This document shows positions 30,982 to 32,000 of a DNA stretch of 32,000 nucleotides, in pieces (position 1 is the stretch's first letter; each line of letters opens with the position of its first letter). The DNA is from Candidatus Nanosynbacter lyticus (GTDB taxonomy: Bacteria > Patescibacteriota > Saccharimonadia > Saccharimonadales > Saccharimonadaceae). The DNA lies in the NCBI RefSeq assembly GCF_000803625.1, contig NZ_CP007496.1, positions 1 to 32,000 on the forward strand. Reading direction: 5' to 3'. The translations under genes and the position numbers were made by a program. The notes under the pieces were generated by a model. That model did no database searches, was not told the origin of the DNA, and was given only the letters and a program-made list of their open reading frames with translations.

Positions 30982-32000
30982 CTAATAAGGTTGATCGAAA
31001 AATTGCTGTTTCTTTTTAAGCCAGGTTTCTGATTGGCGGACAAGTTTTTGGCTGTCAGCGGGGTTATTGAGCAGTGGTTTAATAGTTTCCTCGAGATATA
31101 TGCCGCCCTGTGAGCCCTTGAAAAGGATTGTCGTGTCTTTAATTCCTTTACTCTTTAAGAACTCTCCAGCTTCTGGTGATTTGTCAAATGACAAAACCTT
31201 GCAACCATTTTTTTCAGCAATTGGTGCAAGGTGTTTTTTAGCTAATTTACCGACGGTAATCAGTAGGTCTAATTGCTTGGGGTCACACAGTCTACCAATT
31301 TTTTCATGCTCCAGCTTAGAGGAATCGCCAAGCTCATTCATGTCGCCTAAAACCGCAATTTTACGACTTGCTTCCAGAGAGTAAAGTGTTTTTAGGGAAT
31401 TTTCCATAGCAACGGGACTGGCGTTATAGGTGTCGTCTAGTAGGGTGCATCCTTGCGTGCCGCGTAGAATATTCATCCTACCGGAGACAGGTTTAATTTT
31501 CGTTAAGGCTGCTGCGACTTCGTCAATATTCATGCCGCAAGCTAGACCTGCTGCTGCCGCGCCAGTGATAGAGCGGATGTTGTGCTTGCCTAATACGGAG
31601 ATATTGATGTTGCGAGACTCTTCTTGATTGTGCCGTAAAGTTGCAATGTAGCCGTCGCTAGTAGTTTCTTTAATTTGCAAGAGAACATCGGCAGATTCAT
31701 CGCCGTAGCTTATTTTTTTGCCAATTATAAGTGAGTGATATTTTTTATCAATATCGTGAAAATTGAAGATGGTTTTTTTAGCAACTTGACTAATGGACAA
31801 TTCTTCGCGCGCCACCACGTCAATTGTTTTAAAAAACTCCATATGTTCTGGTGCGACAGAGGTGATTATAGCGATATCAGGCTGAATGTAGCGCATAAAT
31901 GTTGCCATTTCACCCGGACAATCAATGCCACATTCTTGGATAATGATGTCAGGCGATTGCGGATTTTTAATACTAGAACGGGCAGCGGAGAAGACTTTTA
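30982..32000 (-). CDS. murF: UDP-MurNAc-tripeptide--D-Ala-D-Ala ligase MurF (5'-truncated by the window edge)
   Basis: The reading frame stays open upstream of the ORF-track Met at 31908 through to position 32000 (...IQECGIDCPGEMATFMRYIQPDIAIITSVAPEHMEFF), as in the central Mur ligase region. C-terminal domain contains LDDTYNASP. Confidence 0.85.
   Translation of the reverse strand, partial: KVFSAARSSIKNPQSPDIIIQECGIDCPGEMATFMRYIQPDIAIITSVAPEHMEFFKTIDVVAREELSISQVAKKTIFNFHDIDKKYHSLIIGKKISYGDESADVLLQIKETTSDGYIATLRHNQEESRNINISVLGKHNIRSITGAAAAGLACGMNIDEVAAALTKIKPVSGRMNILRGTQGCTLLDDTYNASPVAMENSLKTLYSLEASRKIAVLGDMNELGDSSKLEHEKIGRLCDPKQLDLLITVGKLAKKHLAPIAEKNGCKVLSFDKSPEAGEFLKSKGIKDTTILFKGSQGGIYLEETIKPLLNNPADSQKLVRQSETWLKKKQQFFDQPY

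Noticed and set aside
1-32000. CRISPR arrays, transposases/IS elements, rRNA genes, and recoded stop codons
   Set aside because: No regularly spaced direct repeats, no transposase-like ORFs or terminal inverted repeats, and no rRNA-like sequence were seen. TGA clearly terminates well-supported genes (e.g. at 5615-5617), so the standard code 11 applies.

Overview
The window appears to be the first 32 kb of a small, moderately AT-rich bacterial chromosome opened at dnaA, with a GTG start at position 1. It uses the standard genetic code (TGA is used as a stop). The gene content fits a reduced-genome monoderm-like organism, probably Patescibacteria/CPR and possibly Saccharibacteria, though this taxonomic call is an inference. 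Layout: dnaA, a DnaA-box-rich spacer (candidate oriC), then dnaN. Next comes a 15.7-kb run of 11 tightly packed minus-strand genes forming a type IV secretion (T4SS)-like cluster. That cluster encodes a lipoprotein, two giant VirB6-like paralogues, a PrgI/VirB3-like protein, a coupled unknown protein, a VirB4 ATPase, a 997-aa membrane protein with an M15/VanY peptidase end, a CwlT-like lysozyme+NlpC/P60 hydrolase, and three small bitopic proteins. After tRNA-Asp, a divergent tandem array of six VirB2/TrbC-like pilin paralogues follows, and a seventh orphan copy sits between two tRNA clusters. The rest is housekeeping: hsp20, comFC, rlmH, tRNA-Ser x3, tRNA-Arg, valS, a FemAB-family transferase, tsaD, murE, and murF (truncated at the window edge). 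No coupling ATPase, relaxase, integrase, transposase or CRISPR array is visible. The main points of interest are the chromosomal T4SS-like system paired with a diversified multi-pilin array, and a recurring promoter-to-ATG (apparently leaderless) gene architecture. One case packs a terminator hairpin, a promoter and a start codon into about 40 nt. All domain calls come from reading motifs by eye, and no database search was run.
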